Source: an uncultured Chloroflexia bacterium (GTDB taxonomy: Bacteria; Chloroflexota; Dehalococcoidia; GIF9; UBA5629). From it: 64,000 nt of DNA. This document shows, piece by piece, positions 36,504 to 45,720 of the stretch. The notes under the pieces were generated by a model that did not search any database, was not told the origin of the DNA, and saw nothing but the letters and a program-made list of their open reading frames with translations. Both the position numbers and the translations under genes were made by a program. The stretch covers positions 110,544 to 174,543 of the forward strand of contig CAWKFY010000029.1 of the NCBI GenBank assembly GCA_963848815.1, given 5' to 3'. Each line of letters starts with the position of its first letter. Within the stretch, counting starts at the first letter, position 1.

Positions 36504-36741
36504 CTTATCTCCGGGTGCAGCTTCCTTCTGAACTCAACTTCACCTTTCCTGGCCTTAATAGGTTGCCGGTCCATCCGCTGTCACCTTTGCCGCTAATTAT
36601 ATCCGACAGTATAGTGGTAAACCAATTCTAAATAAAGCTATAAAAGCCCACTTTTTTATGTTAATCTATATGAGATGAAGGCGGTTTCGTTATGACCGTA
36701 CCGGTCTTGCTTCCACTTATTTCAGCCAGGGCACCGCGCAT

Positions 36742-37674
36742 TTGAAAAAAACGACTATTATAGTGATAAATTGGAATAGCGTTCAGGTTACGACGGAATG
36801 CCTGAGCAGCCTGAAAAAGCTGAGCTATCCTGATTGTGAGATAGTCGTGGTAGATAACCACTCTGAAGGTCCCGACGTAGAAATCTTGAGAAGAGAGTTC
36901 TCCGGTTGGGTGACCATTATCGAGAACGATCAGAATTACGGCTTTGCCGGCGGACAAAGCAGGGCGATTAAATATGTATTGGAACATTCCAATTCCGACT
37001 ATTTGGTGCTGTTAAATAACGATACGGTGCTGGCTCCCGATTGCATTACGCACATGGTTGAAGCCGCTGCGAAGGACCCCAAAATCGGCATAGTGGGGCC
37101 CAAAATACTTTTTTATGACGCCAAAGACCGTATACAGAACGTGGGCTGCCGGGTTAGTATGATTAAAGGCTCGACCATATCCATCGGCTATGGCAAGCCC
37201 GATTCCGTCCTGTATCCCGATGTGATGGAAGTGGACTATACGGACGCCTGCATATTCGTCAAAAGGGAGGTTATAGAACGAATCGGACTGCTCGATGAGA
37301 GTTACTTTCTTTACTGGGAAGATATCGATTTTTGCACCCGTGCCAAAGAGGCGGGGTTTCAGGTGGTCTGCGCCACCCGGGCCAGGATATGGCACAAAAA
37401 GCCTTTTATGCCCCAAAACAGGAACAAGGTCTGGGGCGGTGGCAGGGCAATTCAGGAGCCTGCCTTTATTATTTATTATATTACCCGTAACATGTTCAAG
37501 TTCCTTAAAAAGCACGCTTCCGGATGGCAGTATTTACTTTTCATTCTCTACTTTTTTATTTTTAAATTCTGGTATACCAACGTCGTCCTCTTGATATGGC
37601 GGCAAGATTGGAATGCCTTGCAATCATACTATCGTGGAGTACACGATGGCCTCTCGATAAAGAAAGGCCTTTGA
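36742..37674 (+). CDS. glycosyltransferase family 2 (rhamnosyltransferase-like)
   Basis: The 310-aa ORF has a TTG start, TIIVINWNS, VVDNHS, NNDTV and WEDIDFC (the DxD/ED region of GT2). Confidence 0.8.
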   Translation: MKKTTIIVINWNSVQVTTECLSSLKKLSYPDCEIVVVDNHSEGPDVEILRREFSGWVTIIENDQNYGFAGGQSRAIKYVLEHSNSDYLVLLNNDTVLAPDCITHMVEAAAKDPKIGIVGPKILFYDAKDRIQNVGCRVSMIKGSTISIGYGKPDSVLYPDVMEVDYTDACIFVKREVIERIGLLDESYFLYWEDIDFCTRAKEAGFQVVCATRARIWHKKPFMPQNRNKVWGGGRAIQEPAFIIYYITRNMFKFLKKHASGWQYLLFILYFFIFKFWYTNVVLLIWRQDWNALQSYYRGVHDGLSIKKGL

Positions 37675-37689
37675 GGAGATCCAGACTTT

Positions 37690-38874
37690 ATGGCCGGCAA
37701 GCATATAGCAGTTGAAGCCTGCGCCTTGGGCGAGAGAAATAAAGTTGGCATAGCTACTTTTTCGATAAACCTGCTGCGCGCCCTTGGTAAAATCGATGCT
37801 GCCAATAAATATTCGCTATTTACAGTCTATGATACTGATAAAAACGCTCTGGATAACCCGAACTTCAATTTCCAGTCGCTGCCTCGAGCCCCGCATACCC
37901 TGCCGCCGCTGATCGCTTCGATATTGTGGTATGCTTGGTATTTCACCGGATTCGGCCTGCAAGTAAAGACCGTAAAACCGGATATTTTCCTATCCCTCAG
38001 TCCTTCCCTGCCTCCTTGCTGCCCGCATCCCGCAGTCTGCATGATCTACGACCTTACGCCGCTCTCTCTGCACGATGCCCACAGGTGGGACTTCAAGGCG
38101 AGGTTTAAGCTGCAAGTTGAGGATGCTGTTAGAAGGTCAGACAGGCTGATCACTATTTCGCAGGCCACTAAAAATGAAATTGTCAGCTATTTCGGCGTAA
38201 CTCCTGAGAAAATTTCCATTGTTTACCCGGGATTCGACTCCAATTTATTTAAACCCGAGCCGGACTCAGAAAAAATCAGGCTGACCTTGCATAAATATGG
38301 CATACAAAGCCCGTACCTGTTGTATAACGGCACCCTGGAACCCAAGAAGAACATTGTCCGGTTGGTCGAGGCGTTTTGCCGTTTAAAGAAAGGCAGACGT
38401 ATCGATCATAAGCTTGTCATCGCCGGAAAACGCGCCTGGAAGGATAGCGAGATTTTCGATAAGATCCGATCATCGGGCTGCGAGCCTGACATAATATTCA
38501 CCGGCTACGTCCCGCAGGGGGAATTGCCCGCTCTGATGAACGGGGCGGATGTCTTCGTCTTTCCTTCGCTGCACGAGGGCTTTGGCATGCCGCCGCTCGA
38601 GTCCATGGCCTGCGGCACGCCCGTAGTCGCTTCCAATACCTCTTCGCTGCCGGAGGTTATGGGAGATGCCGGAGTTACGGTCGACCCTTATAACGTGGAA
38701 GCTATGGCTGAAGCTATTTACCGTGTGATTTCGGATACGGGCCTCAGGGAGCAAATGCGGCAAAAGGGCCTGGAAAGAGCCCGTCAGTTTTCGTGGGAAA
38801 AGGCAGCAACGCAGACCTTAAAGATTTTGGAAGATACATCGGCCGGATACAAACTCAAAATAAGGCAGAGGTAA
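37690..38874 (+). CDS. glycosyltransferase family 4 (GT-B)
   Basis: The 394-aa ORF has the C-terminal EGFGMPPLESMACGTPVVASN motif. Confidence 0.85.
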   Translation: MAGKHIAVEACALGERNKVGIATFSINLLRALGKIDAANKYSLFTVYDTDKNALDNPNFNFQSLPRAPHTLPPLIASILWYAWYFTGFGLQVKTVKPDIFLSLSPSLPPCCPHPAVCMIYDLTPLSLHDAHRWDFKARFKLQVEDAVRRSDRLITISQATKNEIVSYFGVTPEKISIVYPGFDSNLFKPEPDSEKIRLTLHKYGIQSPYLLYNGTLEPKKNIVRLVEAFCRLKKGRRIDHKLVIAGKRAWKDSEIFDKIRSSGCEPDIIFTGYVPQGELPALMNGADVFVFPSLHEGFGMPPLESMACGTPVVASNTSSLPEVMGDAGVTVDPYNVEAMAEAIYRVISDTGLREQMRQKGLERARQFSWEKAATQTLKILEDTSAGYKLKIRQR

Positions 38875-38909
38875 ATTTGATAGGGCTGATATGACCGGCC
38901 CACAGCCGG

Positions 38910-41216
38910 TCACCTCGTGAAAAATATCTGCGCCCCGCCATTACTATAAATCCTGTCGCTCCGGCTTAAAGTATCCGCCAGGCCTGTAACATCCTGGATT
39001 TTTACGTGTTTCCGCAGCCCTGCTTTCCCGATGGTGAAAGTAATCTCGCCCTTTTGGGTATTCCACGACCTTAGATAAATATATGAGGGCCCCTGAAATT
39101 TACTGTCGAGTGTAATCAAACCGGCCGTAACTTTATCATTTACAAATATGAGCATGTTTTCAGCATGATAGTCGGAGTAAACTGTTATTCGGTCCCCCGC
39201 CCGTTCAAACAGCCATTGCGGCGCATGCTGGTCCATTTGATTAAAAATGCCCACGATATCGACGCGGCCTGCTGTTAAAGCTATAGAAAAAGGAGTGTCC
39301 ACACTCTCAGTATCCTGTTGCGTGGTGATTTCATACACAATTCCCGATGTAAAAATGAAATAGGGCACCAATAACAGGCATGACACGGCTATATAGAATG
39401 CGGAATTCACGCCGGGCCTTGGCGCATTTTGGGCTTTAGTCCTGATCTTATTAAGCAGAGATTTACCGATGTCCCATACCGCTCCGGCACCAAGTATGCA
39501 AAACGGGGCCAGTGTGATAAGGGCTATATGGTACCAGCGTGTGATGTTTAACCGGTCGGCAAAATCGGGAAGCATAATGCAGGCTGCCAGGATGCCGAGG
39601 CTGACCAGGCTCAGGCCGATATATTCTATACGGAACTTGAGGCCGCTGGGTTTTATAAGCAGCCTGAGGCAGCCGGCAATAATGAAAAATTGGGTCAGGT
39701 ACTGCAATATGCGGAATATTTTGCCCGGCAGGGAGACCTGTGAAAAATCCAGGCCGAGAGCCGTCATGATAAGCGCATTGCCCTGCCCGAAATTGGACAG
39801 GTGCGCCGGACTGAAAAATGCGGAGATCGCCCGCGCCGTATCCGCAAATTGGCTGGACAGAGTGTTTTCGAGAAATTTCAGGCTGCTTCCGGAAGCCGTT
39901 AATCCGGCCCAGGTTATCCCAAGAAGCAGGTACAGTATTATGGGCGCCGCGAGGATTATCAAAGGGAGCCCTCCTGCGCCTGGTTCCTTCATATAGGCTG
40001 GTAGTCCTCCTGTCTTTCGAGTCAGCCATTCCCAGGCTTTGAGGAAGCAGCCTGTCCTCATGATGATGACGAATACCAGCATGAGTCCGAGATATCCGAA
40101 ATTAATAAATCCCAGTGCGTAATGCGATGCGGCAATGAACATGGGGAAAATGATCATCAAGATTATTTTGGCCTTGAATTGAATCCGCCGTTCAATGCAG
40201 AGGAGGATGAAGAGGGCGAAAAACAGCTCTGCTATTTGCTGTCTGCAAAGGCTGATCATCTCGAGCGAAAAGGTGGGCATGGCCATGAAGAAGAAAGCGG
40301 CCAGGAATGCACCCCTATCGCCGATCTGCATTCTGAAGATGCGGTAAAGCAGGAGGGGCACAAGCGAGAAAAACAGCGGGTAAATTATTTTGAATACATA
40401 TACCAGGTCCAGGTTCATCACCTGTGAATAGACCGGAGCCATTATAACTATGCTGAGGCAGGAGTTAACCGTACCAGGCAAGGAATAGGCCCAGATGCCG
40501 CTGTTAAGCACAAGCTGGGCGAACTGGTATTCAACATAGACATCGGTGCCGATTAGTAGAGGGGAGATCAGCGTCGTCTGGTATAAAAGACAGAGGCTGA
40601 TAATAAAAATTGCGGCGGGGAATAGAGGTGGAGTGATGAATTTGCCGCAAGCGGCCAGTATTACTATCAGCCCGATCAAAGCCAGGCAAATGATAAGCAG
40701 GAGGTTATTTCCAAAGGCATATATGAGGTTAGCGCCCAGGATTGTGAGGGCCAGCAGCAGCACCAGGAACAATGCCGGCAACAGCTCTTTGACCGGGGGC
40801 CATTTAAAAGGCTGCTCGGGCTGGAAATCCCTGTCCCTGAAATAGGCGGCAACCGCCAGGACGATGGTCGCTATAACGAATGTGGCCATCAGGGCAAATA
40901 GATTCAGCGGCGAATGGATGCCCAGCAACGGCAGGGCGAAGTTCAAAAGCGCTCCTGAGAACATGACGAAAGCCAGGCTCAGTCCCGCCGAATAGCCCAG
41001 GCTCTCGACCGGGTTGATCCTGTGAACCCGTAATATCCTCAGGATGAGTACGCCCGGCACGAAAGAAAGGAAGAGGAAACCGGTAAGCTGCCTGAGGACG
41101 GGTACGTCGATTCCGGCCAGGCCAAGGCAGATGAACAGGACCAGCGCTGCAGTCAGTGCGATGACCGCATTTAATAGATGTTTGAAGGACCAGTCGGCGG
41201 GTGCAACGATATTCAT
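38910..41216 (-). CDS. large polytopic membrane protein with C-terminal soluble domain; candidate GT-C-type glycosyltransferase/polymerase (possibly DUF2206-like)
   Basis: The 768-aa ORF has more than 15 hydrophobic segments over ~620 aa, then a ~150-aa hydrophilic tail (..RITVYSDYHAENMLIFVND..YIYLRSWNTQKGEITF..RIYSNGGAQIFFTR). It is embedded among GT genes. The family assignment comes from memory only. Confidence 0.5.
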   Translation of the reverse strand: MNIVAPADWSFKHLLNAVIALTAALVLFICLGLAGIDVPVLRQLTGFLFLSFVPGVLILRILRVHRINPVESLGYSAGLSLAFVMFSGALLNFALPLLGIHSPLNLFALMATFVIATIVLAVAAYFRDRDFQPEQPFKWPPVKELLPALFLVLLLALTILGANLIYAFGNNLLLIICLALIGLIVILAACGKFITPPLFPAAIFIISLCLLYQTTLISPLLIGTDVYVEYQFAQLVLNSGIWAYSLPGTVNSCLSIVIMAPVYSQVMNLDLVYVFKIIYPLFFSLVPLLLYRIFRMQIGDRGAFLAAFFFMAMPTFSLEMISLCRQQIAELFFALFILLCIERRIQFKAKIILMIIFPMFIAASHYALGFINFGYLGLMLVFVIIMRTGCFLKAWEWLTRKTGGLPAYMKEPGAGGLPLIILAAPIILYLLLGITWAGLTASGSSLKFLENTLSSQFADTARAISAFFSPAHLSNFGQGNALIMTALGLDFSQVSLPGKIFRILQYLTQFFIIAGCLRLLIKPSGLKFRIEYIGLSLVSLGILAACIMLPDFADRLNITRWYHIALITLAPFCILGAGAVWDIGKSLLNKIRTKAQNAPRPGVNSAFYIAVSCLLLVPYFIFTSGIVYEITTQQDTESVDTPFSIALTAGRVDIVGIFNQMDQHAPQWLFERAGDRITVYSDYHAENMLIFVNDKVTAGLITLDSKFQGPSYIYLRSWNTQKGEITFTIGKAGLRKHVKIQDVTGLADTLSRSDRIYSNGGAQIFFTR

Positions 41217-41227
41217 TCGGTTATCAA

Positions 41228-42362
41228 TTAAGCCCTGCGTTTATTGGCTGAATGCGCAGCCACCGCTTCATTATAGATTGCCATTGTGAGGGCGGCTATC
41301 TTATCCCATGAATACTCGCCGCTTTTCATTCTGGTATAGGCATTCTCTCCCATACTCTTGCGAAGCTCATCATTATTCAACAGCTTCAGCATAGCTTCGG
41401 CCAGTGCGCGTGCGTTTCGCGGCTGGACTATGATGCCCATCTTGCCATTTTCCACCATTTCAGCAAAGTTTCCCACATCTGTTGACCACCACCGGTTTTT
41501 TAAAGTCGGCCGCCACGGAAATCAGGCTGGTCTGCGTGCCGTCGGTGTAGGGCAGGACCACCAGATCGGCTGCCTCGAAGTAGTCCGATGCTTCAGAATC
41601 GGGGATATAGCTGTTACGGACCAGGAAGAAGCTGCGGTCGGCAAGCGATTTTTCGAATTTTGAGAGGTCCCCTTCTCCTGCTATAGTAACCGTCAGGCCG
41701 GGCACCGATGGCCTGATAATATTTACTGCTTCGATGAGGTACTCCAGTCCTTTATAGGGTGCGATCCTTCCGAAGAAAAGTATGTTTTTACCTGTCTTCT
41801 TCCGGTCATGCGGTTGCCGAGGAGAAAAAGGAAAAATTGCCGTGCGGCACTACGTGTACCTTTTCCACCGGCAGTCTGGAGATCAGCCTGGTATTTTTCA
41901 GTCCTGCGCTGTGAATGATTATTTCGTCGGAGCAGCGGGCCAGCCGGCTGTTGTTGATATATTGAAGGCCGCCGGCGAGCAGGTTGGCGGCCCATCCCCT
42001 GTTGGGGATGGCCCTCGGCTCGTGAATGGTCGCCACCATCGGGTATTTGCGATTGAGCCTGCAGGCGTAGAAAAAGGGGAACCTGTGCTCGAAAACCAGG
42101 TGTACGACGTCGGGCTTTTCACGGTCCAGGGTGTTGAGGAATAGCTTCATAAAACGCGGGCTTAGCGCTGTAAAGGCGGCCGGCGCCAGGGTAAACGGCA
42201 GCGGCAGCCTTATTATGGAGACCTGTTGAGCAAAAAGGCCTGTATCGGCGGCGGCCGGAAGCAGTACGGATACCTTGTTTTCAACGGACAGGGCGTTGAC
42301 AATTCTGCCGTATATTGCGCCCCGGCTCCATAGGCCGCAAACGTGACGATGGCTATTTTCAA
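41228..42362 (-). pseudogene. GT4 glycosyltransferase broken by at least four frameshifts
   Basis: The reading order across five frames is as follows. First comes (TTG)KIAIVTFAAYGAGAQYTAE, the tail of track ORF 42213..43646. Next is IVNALSVENKVSVLLP...MKLFLNTLDREKPDVVHLV..VHVVPHGNFSFF (41806..42150). Then FLLGNRMTGRRQ (41723..41995) and GKNILFFGRIAPYKGLEYLIEAVNIIRPSVPGLTVTIAGEG...FKKPVVV (41460..41705). Last is GNFAEMVENGKMGIIVQPRNARALAEAMLKLL.. (41228..41476). Confidence 0.75.
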
Positions 42363-42367
42363 ATTTA

Positions 42368-43592
42368 TTACCGCGATGGGTCCAGGTAATAATTCAATTG
42401 GTCGTTGATGATGTCCTTGAGGCTGTACGCCGTCTTGAAACCAAGCTTTTCTATCTTGGCAGTCGAGGCCAGCAATATGGGCACTTCCGCCGGCCTGAAC
42501 CGTTCCGCGTCGAAGCTGATAGTTACCTTGCCTTTGGAGGTGAAGACGTAAAGGCCTTCGTCTTCGGCCTGTGAACTCGATCTCACCGTCCAGCAGCATC
42601 CGGTCGATCTTAGTTTTTTCGAAGCTGAGTCCTGAGAATTTTGTCTTATCGGGAGCGGTGGGGTTGACCACGGTCTTCTTGCCCCTGATGGACTTTATTT
42701 TTTCTACTTTATAGTCGGCGCATTCGAGGCTCAAAAGCAGGTAGGTGATAACCGAGTTGGTGCGCTGCGAGCCCTGGTTATATACGTCGCCGTACTTGCC
42801 TTTCTGCGCCAGCAGGCAGTAACCCTTGATAACGTCGGTAACGTGCGACCAGTCCCGGAAGGCGTTAACATTCCCGATCACTATCTTGTCGGTCTCGCCC
42901 CTTTTCAGCTTCATTACCTGCCGTGTTATGTTGGAGGTGACGAACATGATGCCCCGGCCGGCGCCCTCGTGGTTAAAGCCCCTGGAGACGACGGTTTTCA
43001 GGCCGAAGCTGTGATGATAGTTCCTCATGAGGAAGTCGCCGTAAACCTTGGTGACGGCATAGGGCGACATGGGACGCAGCGGGTTCTCTTCGGTGATGGG
43101 CACTTCGGGAATCCTGGCAGGCTCGGGGAATATCACGCCGTATTTCTTTTTGGCTTCTTTATATTGAGCATCGGAGTAAATGACCAGGCCATACTCTTCG
43201 CTGCTGCCGGCAAACACGATAACCGGAGTAATTCTCTTATTGCTGACAGCTTCCAGCAGGTTGCTGGTGCCGCCGCAGTTGATATCCATCGTCTCGCTGG
43301 GACAGGCGAAGGACCGCTGCACGAAGGATTGTGCGCCAAGATGGAAAATAAAATCAGGCCTGGTTTTATCCAGCGCCGAAGCTATGCTGGATATATCCAG
43401 CAGGTCGCTTTCCACTAAGGTCAGATCGTCCTGAATTCCCAGGCATTTAATGTTGTAGGGACAGATGCCGTCGGCGCGCCTGCGGAAGAGGCCGTAAACG
43501 TGTGCGCCCAGCTTGATCAGGTGGTTGGCCAGGTAAGAACCTGCGAAGCCGCTGATGCCCGTGATGAGGACATTTTTATTTTTAAAACTCAC
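42368..43592 (-). pseudogene. NDP-sugar dehydratase/epimerase (extended SDR, long GMD-like form) with one frameshift
   Basis: The GTG start at 43592 follows GGAGGTGAAAAC (VSFKNKNVLITGISGFAGSYL, YAVTK). After ..MLLDGEIEFT the frame is lost near ~42575, and the true C-terminus is track ORF 42368..42586 (AEDEGLYVFTSKGKVTISFDAERFRPAEVPILLASTAKIEKLGF..). The 477-aa track ORF 42213..43646 is a read-through chimera. Confidence 0.7.
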
Positions 43593-43608
43593 GTTTTCAC
43601 CTCCTTTA

Positions 43609-44738
43609 TCATGAGTTGCCGGTTGCCTGCCGGTAAATTCTATCATAGTTATCGATGCAACTGGCCCAGTAAAAATATTTCTTGTCGGTCTTAACGGCCT
43701 CTCCGCGATAAATGCGTATTACACCGTCTGCGATTGCGGCTGCATTGCCCGGCTCAACAAGCACATAATTGCCCGAGACGATCTCGGGCAGGGACGCAAC
43801 ATTAGAGGCTACCACCGGCCTGTCCATAGCACAGGCTTCGGCTGCGGAGAAACCGAAACCCTCGGAGATGGAAGGTACTACCACGCAGTCGGCGGCGGCA
43901 ACGTAGCCCGGCAGCTCGATGCGTGGCACCGGGTCGAGGACCACGATCCTGTTCCCCATTTGCATTTCCTCCACCATGGCCAGTATCTTTTTGTAGCCTT
44001 CAACCGGCTCCTTTCCCAGAAGTACGATGAGCCTGGCGCCGGGATATCCCTGGATATCAGAGGGGCCGCCGCTACCAGGTGCTCCACCCCCTTGGAGATG
44101 CCCGGCCGCCCGAAATACATGTAGACAAAATTGTCTTTTACATTCAGCATTTCCCTGATGTGCGGCCTGTCCGCCCTGGATATATCGAAGAAATCGTAGT
44201 CGATGCCGTTGTAAGACACCGAGATCTTTTTAGTATCTATATGGTATTTTTCTATCCGCCCTGCCGTGTATTTCGATACCGACATATAGCGGTCGAAGGG
44301 CAGCGCCACGATCAGCCATTCCAGAATCCTGTGCAGCCAGGCCGTCAACCGGTTCATACCCTGCATATCCTTCCAGCCGGAGCCGATGATTTCGTGGACG
44401 GTGATAACACACTTTTTACCCGTCAATTTTGCAGCCAGCCAGGCGGGGAAGGCGCCGTTGTAGGTCGTGGTCTGGATTATATCGAACTTTTTGGCCAGCC
44501 TGAGGGCGGGCGGAATAGCCAGGAATGTGAACCAGTAGCGCGACCCCTTGTGGGGAGTTTTAACGCGCAGCACCTGGACTCCGTTTACCACCTCGTCATA
44601 TGGGGCCTGCGGCAACCTGCTGGTTATAACCGTTACGTCGTAGCCCCTCCCAACCAGGCCCTCGCACAGGTTCTTAAAAAGCACCTCGGCCCCACCGATG
44701 AAAGGGAAGTAGTTCTCCAGGACGAACAGGACTTTCAT
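43609..44738 (-). pseudogene. GT4 glycosyltransferase with one frameshift
   Basis: The N-terminal part is track ORF 43878..44738 (MKVLFVLENYFPFIGGAEV.., up to ..ISRDIP). The C-terminal part is in another frame, as track ORF 43609..43977 and upstream (GARLIVLLGKEPVEGYKKILAMVEEMQMGNRIVVLDPV...SEGFGFSAAEACAMDRPVVASN). The junction is near ~44045. Confidence 0.7.
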
Positions 44739-44749
44739 ACGCTCAGCTT

Positions 44750-45454
44750 TTAACCGGTCTTTCTAAATTCTTCCTTTATCCTTATTTTAAATACTGCGGC
44801 TGCAACGCTCAATCCGTGGATAAACGGGTTAAGGGTGGACCCCGCATCGTGATAGATGCAGGATATGGGGACCTCCACCATTTTCAGTCCCTTTTTGCGT
44901 GCCTGCACCAGCGTCTGAATGCTGAAGCCGAAGTCCTGGTAGGTTATATGCATAGACTCCGCAGCCTTCCGGCTGTAGGCGCGGAACCCGCTCTGGGAAT
45001 CGAGTAGCCTGTCTTTGCGGCCAAAATTATACAGCCAGTTTATCAGATTGATTCCGAACTTACGGTAAACCGGTGCACAGTCCTTTTTCATAAAACGGGA
45101 ACCGATGACCATATCCGCATTGCCTGTAGTAAGAGGCTTGAGAAGGAAAGGTATCTCATCCGGGTTATGCTGGTTATCGCCATCCAGTGTTACTATAACT
45201 TCTGCGCCGTCCCCGAGGGCTGCCTCCAGGCCGGTCCTGGTGGATGCGCCGGCTCCGAGGCTGGCCGGATGGCTGATGACTTCGGCGCCGGCCTGGACAG
45301 CCGCCTGCGCGGTCCTATCGGTAGAGCCGTCATCCACGACTATAACTTTATCCACATATTTGGCCGCTCTGGTTACGACGTCGCCGATGAACCTTTCTTC
45401 GTTGAGACAGGGGATGACGGCGACGACTCTGGAGATATGGTCGTCAGGGTTCAT
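44750..45454 (-). CDS. GT2 polyprenyl-phosphate glycosyltransferase-like (Dpm1/AglJ/GtrB-type catalytic domain)
   Basis: The 234-aa ORF has AVIPCLNEERFIG, VVDDGSTDRT and TLDGDNQH (DxD). No TM segment is apparent. Confidence 0.75.
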   Translation of the reverse strand: MNPDDHISRVVAVIPCLNEERFIGDVVTRAAKYVDKVIVVDDGSTDRTAQAAVQAGAEVISHPASLGAGASTRTGLEAALGDGAEVIVTLDGDNQHNPDEIPFLLKPLTTGNADMVIGSRFMKKDCAPVYRKFGINLINWLYNFGRKDRLLDSQSGFRAYSRKAAESMHITYQDFGFSIQTLVQARKKGLKMVEVPISCIYHDAGSTLNPFIHGLSVAAAVFKIRIKEEFRKTG

Positions 45455-45720
45455 TTGTTTAAAAGAGTATCTGGAATAGGGCTTTTAGTCAACAAAACCG
45501 GCTATGTTAGGCTGTAACGGCATGGCGAGGAGCCCGTCCCTCATTATTGCGGCAATCCCCGCACCCTTCGATCGAAGGATTGCCACTTCCCGATTTTATT
45601 GGGGACATAGTCAATTGGTTTTGGAGTTTGGAACTTGGAATTTTCCCCGCAGGGTTAGGTTCCCTCTCAGGAAAAAAATTCCCCTCTCTGGGGAGAGCAG
45701 GTGGGGGACAAATCCCCTGT

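Noticed and set aside
36661-36987. 108-aa minus-strand ORF overlapping the GT2 start
   Set aside because: It lies antisense to the motif-bearing N-terminus of the GT2 gene (TIIVINWNS..VVDNHS) and has no features of its own.
42213-43646. 477-aa track ORF taken at face value as one protein
   Set aside because: Its first 18 codons precede a better GTG start with an SD site. Its last ~110 residues are out-of-frame read-through across the dehydratase C-terminus and the start of the next GT4 gene. The real C-terminus is track ORF 42368..42586.
41228-44738. Phase-variable contingency genes (slipped-strand homopolymer switching), as in Campylobacter glycan loci
   Set aside because: The frameshift junctions I could localise lie at runs of only 2-4 identical bases, and one gene needs four separate corrections. 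That pattern fits decay or sequencing error, not reversible homopolymer switching.
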